In this document: piece by piece, positions 9,357 to 18,675 of the stretch
Layout of the letters: each line of letters starts with the position of its first letter
How positions within the stretch are numbered: the first letter of the stretch is position 1
IMG/VR virus record: IMGVR_UViG_3300020045_007716
Location: 1-32,630 of that record
DNA from: a virus
Lineage: Duplodnaviria; Caudoviricetes
Strand: one strand, 5' to 3'
Length of the DNA stretch: 32,630 bases
Position numbers and translations under genes: made by a program
Notes under the pieces: model-generated
What the model was told of the DNA's origin: nothing
The model's input: only the letters and a program-made list of their open reading frames with translations
Databases searched by the model: none

Positions 9357-11051
9357 TTACTTTAACTCTTCCGGATCATTCGCCAAAAATACCCCATTGA
9401 CATACGCATCCCCACTGATCCTGATTTGCCATTCCCTGCCCAAGAACCCTGACGGCAACCGGAAGATAGCCGTGTCAGAAATGGTGGCTGTCATTTTTGT
9501 TAGGCCATCGACAATCAATTGGAAATTGACCGGGTAGCGCTTCGACCAGATACGCGCCACTGAGAAGGATGTGGGGGCGGTTTGGATGGGCTTGCTGGTC
9601 CAGGCTTGCAAAAGATTGGTCGTGCCTTCATTCCATTCATAGAGCGTGCTGGTTCCAGTAAACCCTGCCGTTTCATTTCGCGCCAAGAAAAGCTTTCCTG
9701 TTACCTTGTCACTGAAGGCAGTATCACACTTTACATCAGTATACGTAACCGTTCTGCGTTTGGGATCAAGAATAAAAGCACCTACACCGGGTATTTTTTC
9801 ACCAGTTTCAGCCGTTACGGTTCCCGATTGGCCGCTGTCATAAAACCCTATGTATTTATCACGATAAAAATAGGCATGAATTGAACTGGGCGCCATGAGC
9901 TGATAAACGCGCTCTGAAATAATCCCGTCTGAAATCATGGTTGCTTCGCCACCCATCAATAACACGATGCCATCTTTTGAAGCGTACATGGCGCCAGTGC
10001 CCATATCGACCATCGACCGATCGGAAACATTCGCCTGGATAGCGCCCAGCTTATTGAAGGTCATAAAGGCCGGATCATTACCAATGGCAATCACCGGATA
10101 GCCTTCTGTCGAGATAAACAGCATATTGCCAATGGCCGCCAATCCCTTGATCGGGTAGTCCATCGGCTTGATGTAGTCTTCCGGCCAGGCGTGGGACTGG
10201 TACGGCTGTGAGAAATACAGGTTATTGTCCAGATACCCGGCAAGAATACCGTTAGCCATTGCCACAATCCCCAGCATCCCATCAGGGGGCGCAGAATACA
10301 ACGTTGTCTCTATCGGCGTACTGAATACGTTGCTGGTAATGTCGATAGACGTATCTGGGATGTTGTTTTCAAGAAGAAAATTGTACGTACCGCCTGTGCT
10401 TGCCACATAAACACGCACTTTGTTGATGTCAGCGGCTGGAACAGTAAGATTGGCGGTTAGTGTTACAAATTCATCATCGTTAGAATAAACAATATTAGAT
10501 GGGTTTGATGGGGGCCCTTCACGGCCTTGATCATTGACATAGGTATAGACATAGGAGCGAGCAATCCGATTACCTACCGCGTCACCCACTGTCCCGGCTA
10601 TTTGCCATTTGACCCGCAGGCTATTGGCAGGTGAAGCTTTTGCAGAGACGGTTGCCACAAACGCAATGGCTGGTTTTGGGATGCCTAGTGCATAGCTGGT
10701 TGCCGGGTAACCTGTCCCGCCTGCGGCAGCCAAGTTGTAATTGCTGTATTTTGGCTTGACACCATCCGTATAGACGATATTCCAATCAACATTTGATTCA
10801 AGCTGCATGAGCGCTACATCGACGTTCTGTTCACCAAAGGCCAACCATCTGGAGTTTTTAAGTAGGAACAGCGTTTTCAAAACACCTGTTTTTGTATTGA
10901 ACGTACCCGGTACTAGCTTGAGGGAGCGCCATGTATTTAATGCGTTCTGATCCGTGAAACAATTGGTAGCTTCCACCGCGTAATTTTCAGGCAACAGCTC
11001 TGCTGATATGTCGGGATTCATGCCAATGAAGTTTGTGAAGGCCAATCTCAT
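9357..11051 (-). CDS. Tail nozzle / packaged DNA stabilisation protein
   Basis: 564 aa, beta-rich, with R.YVYTYV...G.EGPPS and L.FS.PY..HAWP..Y motifs typical of podoviral tail proteins; gene order fits. Confidence 0.7.
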   Translation of the reverse strand: MRLAFTNFIGMNPDISAELLPENYAVEATNCFTDQNALNTWRSLKLVPGTFNTKTGVLKTLFLLKNSRWLAFGEQNVDVALMQLESNVDWNIVYTDGVKPKYSNYNLAAAGGTGYPATSYALGIPKPAIAFVATVSAKASPANSLRVKWQIAGTVGDAVGNRIARSYVYTYVNDQGREGPPSNPSNIVYSNDDEFVTLTANLTVPAADINKVRVYVASTGGTYNFLLENNIPDTSIDITSNVFSTPIETTLYSAPPDGMLGIVAMANGILAGYLDNNLYFSQPYQSHAWPEDYIKPMDYPIKGLAAIGNMLFISTEGYPVIAIGNDPAFMTFNKLGAIQANVSDRSMVDMGTGAMYASKDGIVLLMGGEATMISDGIISERVYQLMAPSSIHAYFYRDKYIGFYDSGQSGTVTAETGEKIPGVGAFILDPKRRTVTYTDVKCDTAFSDKVTGKLFLARNETAGFTGTSTLYEWNEGTTNLLQAWTSKPIQTAPTSFSVARIWSKRYPVNFQLIVDGLTKMTATISDTAIFRLPSGFLGREWQIRISGDAYVNGVFLANDPEELK

Positions 11052-11060
11052 TATGAATAC

Positions 11061-11534
11061 CTAACCCTCATTGCCTGTCAATATAACGTAATCATTATTG
11101 CTTCCAGGCGCGTTGGCGGCAACAGTCCTGCGAATCCATAAATGGAAAAACTCGCCAGGGGCAAGCGAAACACCTAATAAAAGAGGGGAATAACTAAAAG
11201 CGGGCTTGGTGTAAACCAATGAACCCGTCGGCGCGGTCGTATTATTGGCTATCACCTGTTCGGTGGTGGAATTCTTCCCGGTCAATCCCTTGGCAATATG
11301 GACATTCTGCGCCGTGACCGTGCTGAAAAAATAAACACCTGGGTTGTTGATGGTCGAGCCGCCAGTGTTCTTGATACAAATGCAAGCGTAATGGATGATG
11401 CCTGAAATAGCTTCCGCCGTGGTTACATTCGGGAAAACAACGCCTTCTGTTTCTGTAACCGCCGTAGAGCTGATCAAGCCACCTAAAACACTGGTGCTGG
11501 CCCCGCCTCCAGTAAAAAAGAAGGATAAGGCCAT
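11061..11534 (-). CDS. Hypothetical virion protein
   Basis: 157 aa with LAPGE...LWIRRTV motif; in the structural operon. Confidence 0.6.
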   Translation of the reverse strand: MALSFFFTGGGASTSVLGGLISSTAVTETEGVVFPNVTTAEAISGIIHYACICIKNTGGSTINNPGVYFFSTVTAQNVHIAKGLTGKNSTTEQVIANNTTAPTGSLVYTKPAFSYSPLLLGVSLAPGEFFHLWIRRTVAANAPGSNNDYVILTGNEG

Positions 11535-11536
11535 GA

Positions 11537-11662
11537 TTATTCCGGTTGAAGTTGATCAGAACTGCAATCGCCATTGCTCCAAGCCGAACAAGGCGCGTTC
11601 TTTAGCTCATGGAAAACGGAAAGCAGGGCAATAATGAGTAATGCGGCGTAAAAATGGGTCAT
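11537..11662 (-). CDS. Small hypothetical membrane protein (41 aa)
   Basis: MTHFYAALLIIALLSVF...; fills the gap with an ATGA overlap; absent from the ORF track. Confidence 0.4.
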   Translation of the reverse strand: MTHFYAALLIIALLSVFHELKNAPCSAWSNGDCSSDQLQPE

Positions 11663-12324
11663 GATGCCCCCTTTGATTGCGTATCCATAGTAAATTTAAT
11701 CCCAACCGCTGAAGCGAATGACTGATAAAACCCCATCGCTTTAGGTGTATTAGCGTAATCAGAATCCTTTTTCAGAGCCTTAAAAACGACATAATCCAAT
11801 AACGCATTGGCGTAATGATCGGCAATAGTGATCTTTGTTCCGGCTGTGGCGTTGGCAATAGTCGTTGGAATAACCGACCGGCACAGTTCAATGATGCCAA
11901 ATCCACTACTTGGCTGAGGCGGCCACACATAAAACACTTGGGCATTGTCATCAGCGTCATACATCGTATGGACTACGGTTGCGCTCGTGGGGTTTAGTGT
12001 TGACACCACGCCCCAGTTCGGCATGAAGTTGTCCAGCGTCTTGCGCTTGATGTCACGGATCGCATTGCCGTCCGCTGTACCGGACGTGCCACGGTTGCGG
12101 ATAAACTCGATAACCCTAACTGTGGAAACGGGAACTGTTTGCTTGATTCCCGCCACACAAGTGAAATTTTCAGTCACGGCATTGGCATTGGGAGCGGCTA
12201 TGACGATCTCAAGTTGACCATCATTAAGCCAGCCAAGTAGCTCATCCGTCGTCCATCGCGTTACGCCAATGTCATTCAGTAATATGGATGCCTTATCCAA
12301 TATGGTTTTAGCGTCAGTCAACAT
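11659..12324 (-). CDS. Head-tail adaptor (DUF6682-like)
   Basis: A.ILL.D....RWT..ELL.WLNDGQ and ALLDYV..KA..KD..YA motifs. Confidence 0.7.
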   Translation of the reverse strand: MLTDAKTILDKASILLNDIGVTRWTTDELLGWLNDGQLEIVIAAPNANAVTENFTCVAGIKQTVPVSTVRVIEFIRNRGTSGTADGNAIRDIKRKTLDNFMPNWGVVSTLNPTSATVVHTMYDADDNAQVFYVWPPQPSSGFGIIELCRSVIPTTIANATAGTKITIADHYANALLDYVVFKALKKDSDYANTPKAMGFYQSFASAVGIKFTMDTQSKGAS

Positions 12325-12980
12325 TAAAAATAACTCCCCTTGACGCGGTTATTGCGATTTGACAGGCCGCTCATATAGCCAGAAACCACCTTAGATAGTG
12401 CTTCAGTCATGGCCATATCGCCCAATGCCTGATAATGGGCCGACAATTGTGGATTAAACCATTCTACGTTCGGCATAGACATTAATTGTGACTTGGCAAT
12501 ATTGGCAATATGCTCACCCCAGTCATTGAACACGTAATCATCCAGTGTCGTGCCGGATAACGTTGGCTTTAATACGAGGTAAACACGGATGTTATTAACG
12601 CCCACTGTGGTTGGAAATGGCGTTAACCGAATCACAGACGAAGAAACTAGGTAAAAATAATCAGGCCGCCCAGAACGAGTACGCCAATTATTTGACTCTT
12701 CGTTTAATGTTTTTAACGGCCGATAACAAACGTCAAGCCCATCGACTTGAAGTGTCGGCAATACTGATACAAGCATTGATCCTGACGGCGGAGTGATAGC
12801 ATATTCGCCATCATTAACGCCTTCACTGGTTACGGTGGATAGTAATAATTCAGAACGCCAAGCTGTCGATTTATCGCAAAATAACCGCGTAGCATTGCGA
12901 ATGGCATTAATAGCGACAGGCTCAGGAACACCAGCGCATTCTGGAATAACATTGGGTAATAAATCAGTGAAAAGCGCCAT
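12324..12980 (-). CDS. Head-tail adaptor/connector protein
   Basis: P.....AIR.A...FC..S..WR and LM.MP...W.NP motifs; gene order fits. Confidence 0.65.
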   Translation of the reverse strand: MALFTDLLPNVIPECAGVPEPVAINAIRNATRLFCDKSTAWRSELLLSTVTSEGVNDGEYAITPPSGSMLVSVLPTLQVDGLDVCYRPLKTLNEESNNWRTRSGRPDYFYLVSSSVIRLTPFPTTVGVNNIRVYLVLKPTLSGTTLDDYVFNDWGEHIANIAKSQLMSMPNVEWFNPQLSAHYQALGDMAMTEALSKVVSGYMSGLSNRNNRVKGSYF

Positions 12981-12981
12981 A

Positions 12982-13224
12982 TTATTCGGTTAATTTTGGG
13001 CGGCCACGGCGCTTTACTGAGTTAGCTAACAAAGACATGGTGTCTTCTGGCTCGTCTTTAATTTCTTTCGCAAACAATTCAGTGTGGCTCAACAAAGACG
13101 CGGCATCTTCTTCGTTATCCACCTCGCATAACCCAGACTCATCGAAATGATAATCCGTGCCGTTGATCGATTTTACACAAGGATACTTTCGTTCGTTTAA
13201 ATATTTAATCAGCATAACGCGCAA
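12982..13224 (-). CDS. Hypothetical protein with KRRGRPK tail
   Basis: 80 aa ORF after the capsid genes. Confidence 0.6.
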   Translation of the reverse strand: MRVMLIKYLNERKYPCVKSINGTDYHFDESGLCEVDNEEDAASLLSHTELFAKEIKDEPEDTMSLLANSVKRRGRPKLTE

Positions 13225-13230
13225 CCTTAT

Positions 13231-13254
13231 AAAAAAGGCGGGGTTTCCCCCGCC
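13231..13254 (-). terminator. Rho-independent terminator after the capsid/decoration genes
   Basis: Minus strand reads GGCGGGG-GAAA-CCCCGCC-TTTTTT. Confidence 0.85.
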
Positions 13255-13262
13255 AGAACTAC

Positions 13263-13754
13263 TTAAGCAGGACGATAACTAAACCAGCCCTTAATTGCCG
13301 TTGCCGATGTGCCAGTTGTTGGCGCAGTCGTTACGGTTATGGACAAAACACGCGAATTGAGTTTATCCACGGTCATATCCAAAAAATCTCTGGACGTGGC
13401 CCGAGTAATAACCGCTGCACCGGCTGGCGTTAAGGCCGATACCATTGCATTGGAATCAACCGCTGTTAAATTTGCCGTATCGGTGATATTGGCAATTAGC
13501 TCAACGGCTGACGTGGCTCTATAAAAACCAATATCGTAAACGCCGGTTGAGGCCGTATCAACATCAGGCAGAGCCAAGAAAACATCCACCGGCATACAAT
13601 CCGGTGGAAGGATAGCCAAGCCCAAAACTTCGTTGACGAGAAGTGCCGAACTGGGAACAAATGAAAAAGGAACGACAACCACCGTGCCCGCGTCATCACT
13701 GGTGATGGGCGGCTTATTCGCAGCCACCGCATCCGATTTTTTAAAAACAGCCAT
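13263..13754 (-). CDS. Putative capsid decoration/minor head protein
   Basis: 163 aa, beta-rich, directly after the major capsid gene and before the terminator. Confidence 0.6.
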   Translation of the reverse strand: MAVFKKSDAVAANKPPITSDDAGTVVVVPFSFVPSSALLVNEVLGLAILPPDCMPVDVFLALPDVDTASTGVYDIGFYRATSAVELIANITDTANLTAVDSNAMVSALTPAGAAVITRATSRDFLDMTVDKLNSRVLSITVTTAPTTGTSATAIKGWFSYRPA

Positions 13755-13766
13755 GGTAAATACCTC

Positions 13767-14873
13767 TTAGTTAGGATCAGCAGCGGCAGTGTCTAAAGCA
13801 ATAACGCCATAGTCCTTGCCGTTGTAAGTAGTCTTCTTCACACCAAAAATGGATGATGTGCTGATGACCAATTGATTGCCGTTATCACGAGTTTCTTCGT
13901 TCCAATCGAAACGCAGGTTATTCCCTGGTGAGCCGAACGCACAGACAGCCGCTTGTTCACCCAAGAATAACGCACGAGCCGCTGCAACGTTAGCGCCAGC
14001 ACCATAATCACTGAACCGAACCACGTTTTTGTGCTTATGCAATACAACATTATTGTGCATACCCAATGAGCCCTTAAAGATCGGGTTATTGCGCCCTTCT
14101 GCACCTGCTGCGGCCTTTTGGATTTCCAACCAATCGGATGTTCCGGTTGAGCTACGTAAATCATACGCCTGGAATGGGTGCATGACGATACAGTAATGCT
14201 CTTCCCCGTCGATCATGACCGGCTGGATTTGCGGAACCTCTTGTGTGCCGCCGCCCATTACTTCAGCCCGTGCAACAGCCCGCTCAATAAGATTGACAGA
14301 CATTTTATCCGCCGAATCCAAATCAGCTTTAGACGTGGCATTATTACCGTACATAAGGTGCTGTGTGTCGGGCGCCGTTAATGCGTTACCGGCAAACCCC
14401 GCATAACCTGCCGGAAACGTCCAGCCGACCGCTGTTCCAGTGCTGCCTGAGAGATAACAAAAAAATAACTCGTCGAATACGCGAGACCACCATTCAGACT
14501 GTCGGCGCCTTGCCACATTGCGCAAATCATGGATCGTCCGCTTGCGAGTCATGCGGCCGCCAGTATTGACACCGCAGCGCATTTGGTCAATCAATAGTGA
14601 ATCAGTCAAGAAGCGTAAATCTTCTTCTTGCCCTTCCAACACGGAATCGCCTTCAATGCCCTGCATCTTGAGCTGGATGGACAAATCATACGTGATGGAG
14701 TCCCCGGCATCTGATTCCAGGCTTGAAAGCATTTGAATGGGCGTAGACGACATGTCACCATAGCCCATAAACTTTTTAGAAAAATAACCGATCTTAGCGA
14801 CATCAACCGCTAAGAACGCCGAATAGCGCTTGACTGCTTTCGCATCGCCAGCACCGATTATGGTTTTTGCCAT
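13767..14873 (-). CDS. Major capsid protein (N4-gp56/DUF4043 family)
   Basis: LE..AGD.I.YDL, LEG.EE.L.F..D...IDQ.R, MTRKRT.HDLR and NPIFKG.LGM motifs. Confidence 0.9.
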   Translation of the reverse strand: MAKTIIGAGDAKAVKRYSAFLAVDVAKIGYFSKKFMGYGDMSSTPIQMLSSLESDAGDSITYDLSIQLKMQGIEGDSVLEGQEEDLRFLTDSLLIDQMRCGVNTGGRMTRKRTIHDLRNVARRRQSEWWSRVFDELFFCYLSGSTGTAVGWTFPAGYAGFAGNALTAPDTQHLMYGNNATSKADLDSADKMSVNLIERAVARAEVMGGGTQEVPQIQPVMIDGEEHYCIVMHPFQAYDLRSSTGTSDWLEIQKAAAGAEGRNNPIFKGSLGMHNNVVLHKHKNVVRFSDYGAGANVAAARALFLGEQAAVCAFGSPGNNLRFDWNEETRDNGNQLVISTSSIFGVKKTTYNGKDYGVIALDTAAADPN

Positions 14874-14876
14874 TTT

Positions 14877-14949
14877 AGTACCTATATCAATTACTTAGGT
14901 ACTCTTGCACCTACTTTACTTTAAATGTTATAACCTCTTGGATATAACA
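14877..14949 (-). promoter_or_regulatory. Structured capsid-gene leader: two CAAGAG-loop hairpins plus an alternative RBS-occluding hairpin
   Basis: Inverted repeats at 14926-14949, 14896-14913 and 14877-14903. Confidence 0.55.
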
Positions 14950-14958
14950 GAAATAAAT

Positions 14959-15150
14959 CTATCGCTGATTCAAATACCGCTTAGGTGCCTGAATCGTATC
15001 CTTTGCTTTTTTTATTTTAATTGAAACATCTTTGGTTGCTTCAACGCCAAACTTAAACTTGTTCTGCCCTTTGTTTTTGTCAAGCGATACGACAATGCGA
15101 CCATCATCAAATTCAATCGAATCACCAGTTTCTAGGTCGGTAAAAAACAT
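14959..15150 (-). CDS. CsrA/RsmA-fold small protein (divergent)
   Basis: GDSIEFDDGRIVVSL..KG.NKFKFGVEATKDVSI aligns by eye with CsrA GETLMIGDEVTVTVL..KGNQVRIGVNAPKEVSV. Confidence 0.65.
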   Translation of the reverse strand: MFFTDLETGDSIEFDDGRIVVSLDKNKGQNKFKFGVEATKDVSIKIKKAKDTIQAPKRYLNQR

Positions 15151-15151
15151 T

Positions 15152-16000
15152 TTAGCCTTGTAAATACCGCTCTTGTTGTTCGATTGTCAATTTTGACAAT
15201 GCCCGTTCATAAGCATGTTGATCACCTTTATCCAATAACTTATCAATACTCGCAAACTCATCTTGCGTAACATTGGCTTCCGCTGCCGGCATATTGCCTA
15301 ATGTGATCGGCACCACCTTGTCCTTTTTGCTTACGATGTGTTTATTTTCTGATTTTACCTCTGGCTTTGCTTCTTTCTTAAACAGTTCAAGCACCTGCCG
15401 TTTTGCCTCATTCAAAATCCATGAACCGGTACGGTTAGCATTAGCCGCATCATTGGCCAAATCTTTAACAGCCGTATCAAGTGCACCATACAGTATTTTA
15501 TTGGTATTAAATACGGCATTTTCTGTTTGCTCGAAAAACACCTTTTGATCGTGTGCCCATAACTGAGCCTGAGTTTCTGCGTTATGCCGCAAATCACGTT
15601 CAGCAATGGCTTGCGATACCTTCAGGTCTGACCGCTTTTCCAGAAGCGCATCTTTTTGCTCTTCATATGCATTAAAATCAATTTCCCCTTCATCCAGTTG
15701 CTTTCTGATTGCAACCAAATCGGATGCTACTTTCTGTAGATCGGCAGTGACTGCGTCGATGGACACCTTATCTACGGTAGCCATCGGCACGAATACGCTT
15801 TCTTCTTTTGGCGGAATAGCGGCCTCAGGCAATTCTTCATCTTCCTGATCTTCTTCCTCATCTTCTGGATCAGCGTCGATCATATCGACTACTTCATCTT
15901 CTTTTTCAGACTCTTCTTGTTCAGCGTCAAATTCATCCATCATCGCCTGTTCTTCTTCGGTCAGCCCATTTTCGGTAAATGTATCTAAATTGCTTGCCAT
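15152..16000 (-). CDS. Scaffolding protein
   Basis: Acidic N-terminus and coiled coil; lies between portal and capsid. Confidence 0.7.
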   Translation of the reverse strand: MASNLDTFTENGLTEEEQAMMDEFDAEQEESEKEDEVVDMIDADPEDEEEDQEDEELPEAAIPPKEESVFVPMATVDKVSIDAVTADLQKVASDLVAIRKQLDEGEIDFNAYEEQKDALLEKRSDLKVSQAIAERDLRHNAETQAQLWAHDQKVFFEQTENAVFNTNKILYGALDTAVKDLANDAANANRTGSWILNEAKRQVLELFKKEAKPEVKSENKHIVSKKDKVVPITLGNMPAAEANVTQDEFASIDKLLDKGDQHAYERALSKLTIEQQERYLQG

Positions 16001-16002
16001 AA

Positions 16003-18081
16003 TTAAATAACCTCTTGTTTTGATAATTCTATAATAGAATCAGTAACCTGTGCTGTCATGGGGCTTATGACGGCCTGTTGTGCGGCGGACATGGCAATGG
16101 GCAATGTTTCCACCTGCCTGGCTACGGTATCCACCTTCAATTTCGTCACCTTAGCTTCCAATTCGGCCAGTTGCGCTTGCGCCATGGCCTTAGCTATTCC
16201 AGCTTGATCGGAGGCTTCCTGATCCTGCATTTGTTTTTGCTGTACTTGTTCCGGTGTCAATTCGGCGTCTGGGTCTTCCTGGTTATTCAACTTCCGAATT
16301 CTCGTTACCCATTCTTCTTTATTCGGTATATCCGCCATATCGAACACTAAATCCAGCAATTGCAAGCCCAGTTCAGGCGGCAACTTACTCGCCATGTCCA
16401 AGGTTTGCTCAAACATGGCCGCCCGCATGGATTGTTTATAAACGGAGCTGTCCACCACATAATCGGCTTTGGTGAGTGTGATGTTGGTGTTTTTGTCCTG
16501 GTTTATCTTGGCGTATTTAGCAGCGCCACGTGGCCCTATGATTCGGATGGTTTTAGGTTCGTCATAATATTGCTCTATAAGGGATAGCCGTTTTTCACCG
16601 CGCAATTGATCCGCCAGCCTTAAGTTATCAAACAGCTCCATGGTTGAAGTCGCACCTTCATTTTGCCGTGCCGTGATCGCAATACCGGATGTTGCATTGG
16701 TTTGGGAGCCCAAGTTTTCCCCGGTAACGCCCGCCACTTCACGAATATAAACCTTGTCTGATTCCTCCATCAGCAGATGCTCATTTGCCAGCGCAACGTT
16801 GGTATTACGCCGTATTTGGTAGCCTCGCTTATATTCCAGGATGCCGTCTGACCGTGCCGCCTCTTCCCTCGCCTCTTCCTTGTCGATGAATGCGCCTGCC
16901 TCGGCTTCTATTTGATTGGTGGATAGAATGTGAATGGCTTTAGAGCGCCTTTTATTGAGGTCAGATTGTGGATCGCGTTGATTTCTTATCACGCCATACG
17001 TCAATCCATCACGCTTAGATCGATACCCTACAATCTTGGTAAACGGGAATCGATTATGCGCATAAGGGCTTGGCATCTTAAAGAGAATGGCGCCATCAAT
17101 AAAGATGCACACATGCACTTTTTGCCGGACGCCATGATAGAGGGTGATCGCGCCTGAATCCAGCAATGCTTTATGCAGCTTGGGCTGGTATTCTACGCCT
17201 TCAAGCGTAGGATGCTCCTGGCTGCGCTGTATCCAGTCCGAGTTAATCGGCATCCGATACCAGCACTCAATCAGCCTGACGCGCTTGCGCCTATTGTTAA
17301 TCGTCTCGTTTGAGTAGGAATGATAGAGGCTGCTGATCGATGTCAGGCCGTTTTTGTCTTGCGAGCGATTAACGGACGAATAAAATAACTCGTCTTCATC
17401 CATGCCGATATATAAGTCATGTGCCTCGGCTGCGGCCCTGATCTTGTCTGCCCGCTCCGGAAAATAAGCCAGCGCAATATCTTCGTCAACTCGCTTAGAC
17501 CGAAACAGATACCGGCTATCACTACCATCTATGGCAACTGACAAATGATCATCCCAAATATTGCGCCATGATTCGTAGCGTGAATAGATCATTTCTTCAA
17601 ACGGATCCAGGGTGATCCCGTCCTCGATCCAGCCCTCACCCACGCGAATCGCATCACCGAACGCCATTGAACGTACAAACTGATCTTTATTAACGTCGCT
17701 GACGTATTTCATCAGCTCGTTCTTAATTTCCGCACTTGCCCTATCTTCATCGCCGCGTGGATACACTTTAAAATCCATCCGCATACGCCGCTCACTACCG
17801 ATTATCCAGTCGATGGAGCGCTTGATCTCATTGAAAACTAGAGGCGCTTGTTGCCTGTCCGTCAGCTCTGCTATCTCTTCATCTGACCATTGCAGGCCAT
17901 CATAAAAATCATCGTCCAGTGATTTTTGCAAGCGTGAATCGGAATGGGCTATCCTGGCCTGTGTCCACCAATCTTCCAGGCGGTTGAGCAGCGCCATATT
18001 TTCAGCACTATCCAGCTCATGGTCTGGCTTTACTTCCGGCTCTTCACCATAATTGCCGTCATCGCGCCTAATCGCTTTCAC
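16003..18081 (-). CDS. Portal protein (P22-like podoviral)
   Basis: 692 aa; DFYDG.QW, R.Q.P.V.N.I, YG.IR..RDPQ..LNKR.SK and SG.AI.ARQ.EG motifs. Confidence 0.9.
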   Translation of the reverse strand: MKAIRRDDGNYGEEPEVKPDHELDSAENMALLNRLEDWWTQARIAHSDSRLQKSLDDDFYDGLQWSDEEIAELTDRQQAPLVFNEIKRSIDWIIGSERRMRMDFKVYPRGDEDRASAEIKNELMKYVSDVNKDQFVRSMAFGDAIRVGEGWIEDGITLDPFEEMIYSRYESWRNIWDDHLSVAIDGSDSRYLFRSKRVDEDIALAYFPERADKIRAAAEAHDLYIGMDEDELFYSSVNRSQDKNGLTSISSLYHSYSNETINNRRKRVRLIECWYRMPINSDWIQRSQEHPTLEGVEYQPKLHKALLDSGAITLYHGVRQKVHVCIFIDGAILFKMPSPYAHNRFPFTKIVGYRSKRDGLTYGVIRNQRDPQSDLNKRRSKAIHILSTNQIEAEAGAFIDKEEAREEAARSDGILEYKRGYQIRRNTNVALANEHLLMEESDKVYIREVAGVTGENLGSQTNATSGIAITARQNEGATSTMELFDNLRLADQLRGEKRLSLIEQYYDEPKTIRIIGPRGAAKYAKINQDKNTNITLTKADYVVDSSVYKQSMRAAMFEQTLDMASKLPPELGLQLLDLVFDMADIPNKEEWVTRIRKLNNQEDPDAELTPEQVQQKQMQDQEASDQAGIAKAMAQAQLAELEAKVTKLKVDTVARQVETLPIAMSAAQQAVISPMTAQVTDSIIELSKQEVI

Positions 18082-18446
18082 ATCAATGTCTCGGATACCA
18101 CTTGCCCATTAACGATCAGCTCAACAGAGCCGTTATTCTTTCGTTTCTCTGCCCTTTCCATTAGCCGATCTGTCATCTGGTATTCAACCGCCATCACCAA
18201 ATTATCCAGGCCATTAATGATCACATCACAGACGTTGCGAGTCTCAAACCAGGTATCGCCTAGTCCTAGATGGATTGCAAATTCTTTAGCCATCTTAATC
18301 AAGTAGGTATCCGACGTATATGCCCAAGCTTTGGATAATCCAATGGCACAGCCTGTTTTATGTCCCTTTGCGGTAATAATTAACGCCGGTTCCTTGTCGC
18401 CGTCTTCGTCATCAATGTACGATATGTAAGTTTTAATATGACTCAT
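18078..18446 (-). CDS. Hypothetical protein
   Basis: 122 aa, overlaps its neighbours in the operon. Confidence 0.65.
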   Translation of the reverse strand: MSHIKTYISYIDDEDGDKEPALIITAKGHKTGCAIGLSKAWAYTSDTYLIKMAKEFAIHLGLGDTWFETRNVCDVIINGLDNLVMAVEYQMTDRLMERAEKRKNNGSVELIVNGQVVSETLM

Positions 18447-18675
18447 AATTCAATGCGTTAGTGAGTAATTGTTTCGCATGTTCGGCATGGTGGTTAATGT
18501 CATCCAGCACTTCAAACGGCGTGGCGCATGATTCATTATTTAAGCAGTCCGATATGTCTTGTATATTTGATAAAGCAGCCATAAGTTCATCTTCAGAAAA
18601 CGCTAACCTTATCATGCGTTTAATTTTGGTAATGATACCATCATTTTTTAATGTCAATGTCAAATTGTTTTCCAA
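18433..18675 (-). CDS. Hypothetical protein
   Basis: 80 aa, overlaps its neighbours in the operon. Confidence 0.55.
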   Translation of the reverse strand: MENNLTLTLKNDGIITKIKRMIRLAFSEDELMAALSNIQDISDCLNNESCATPFEVLDDINHHAEHAKQLLTNALNYESY

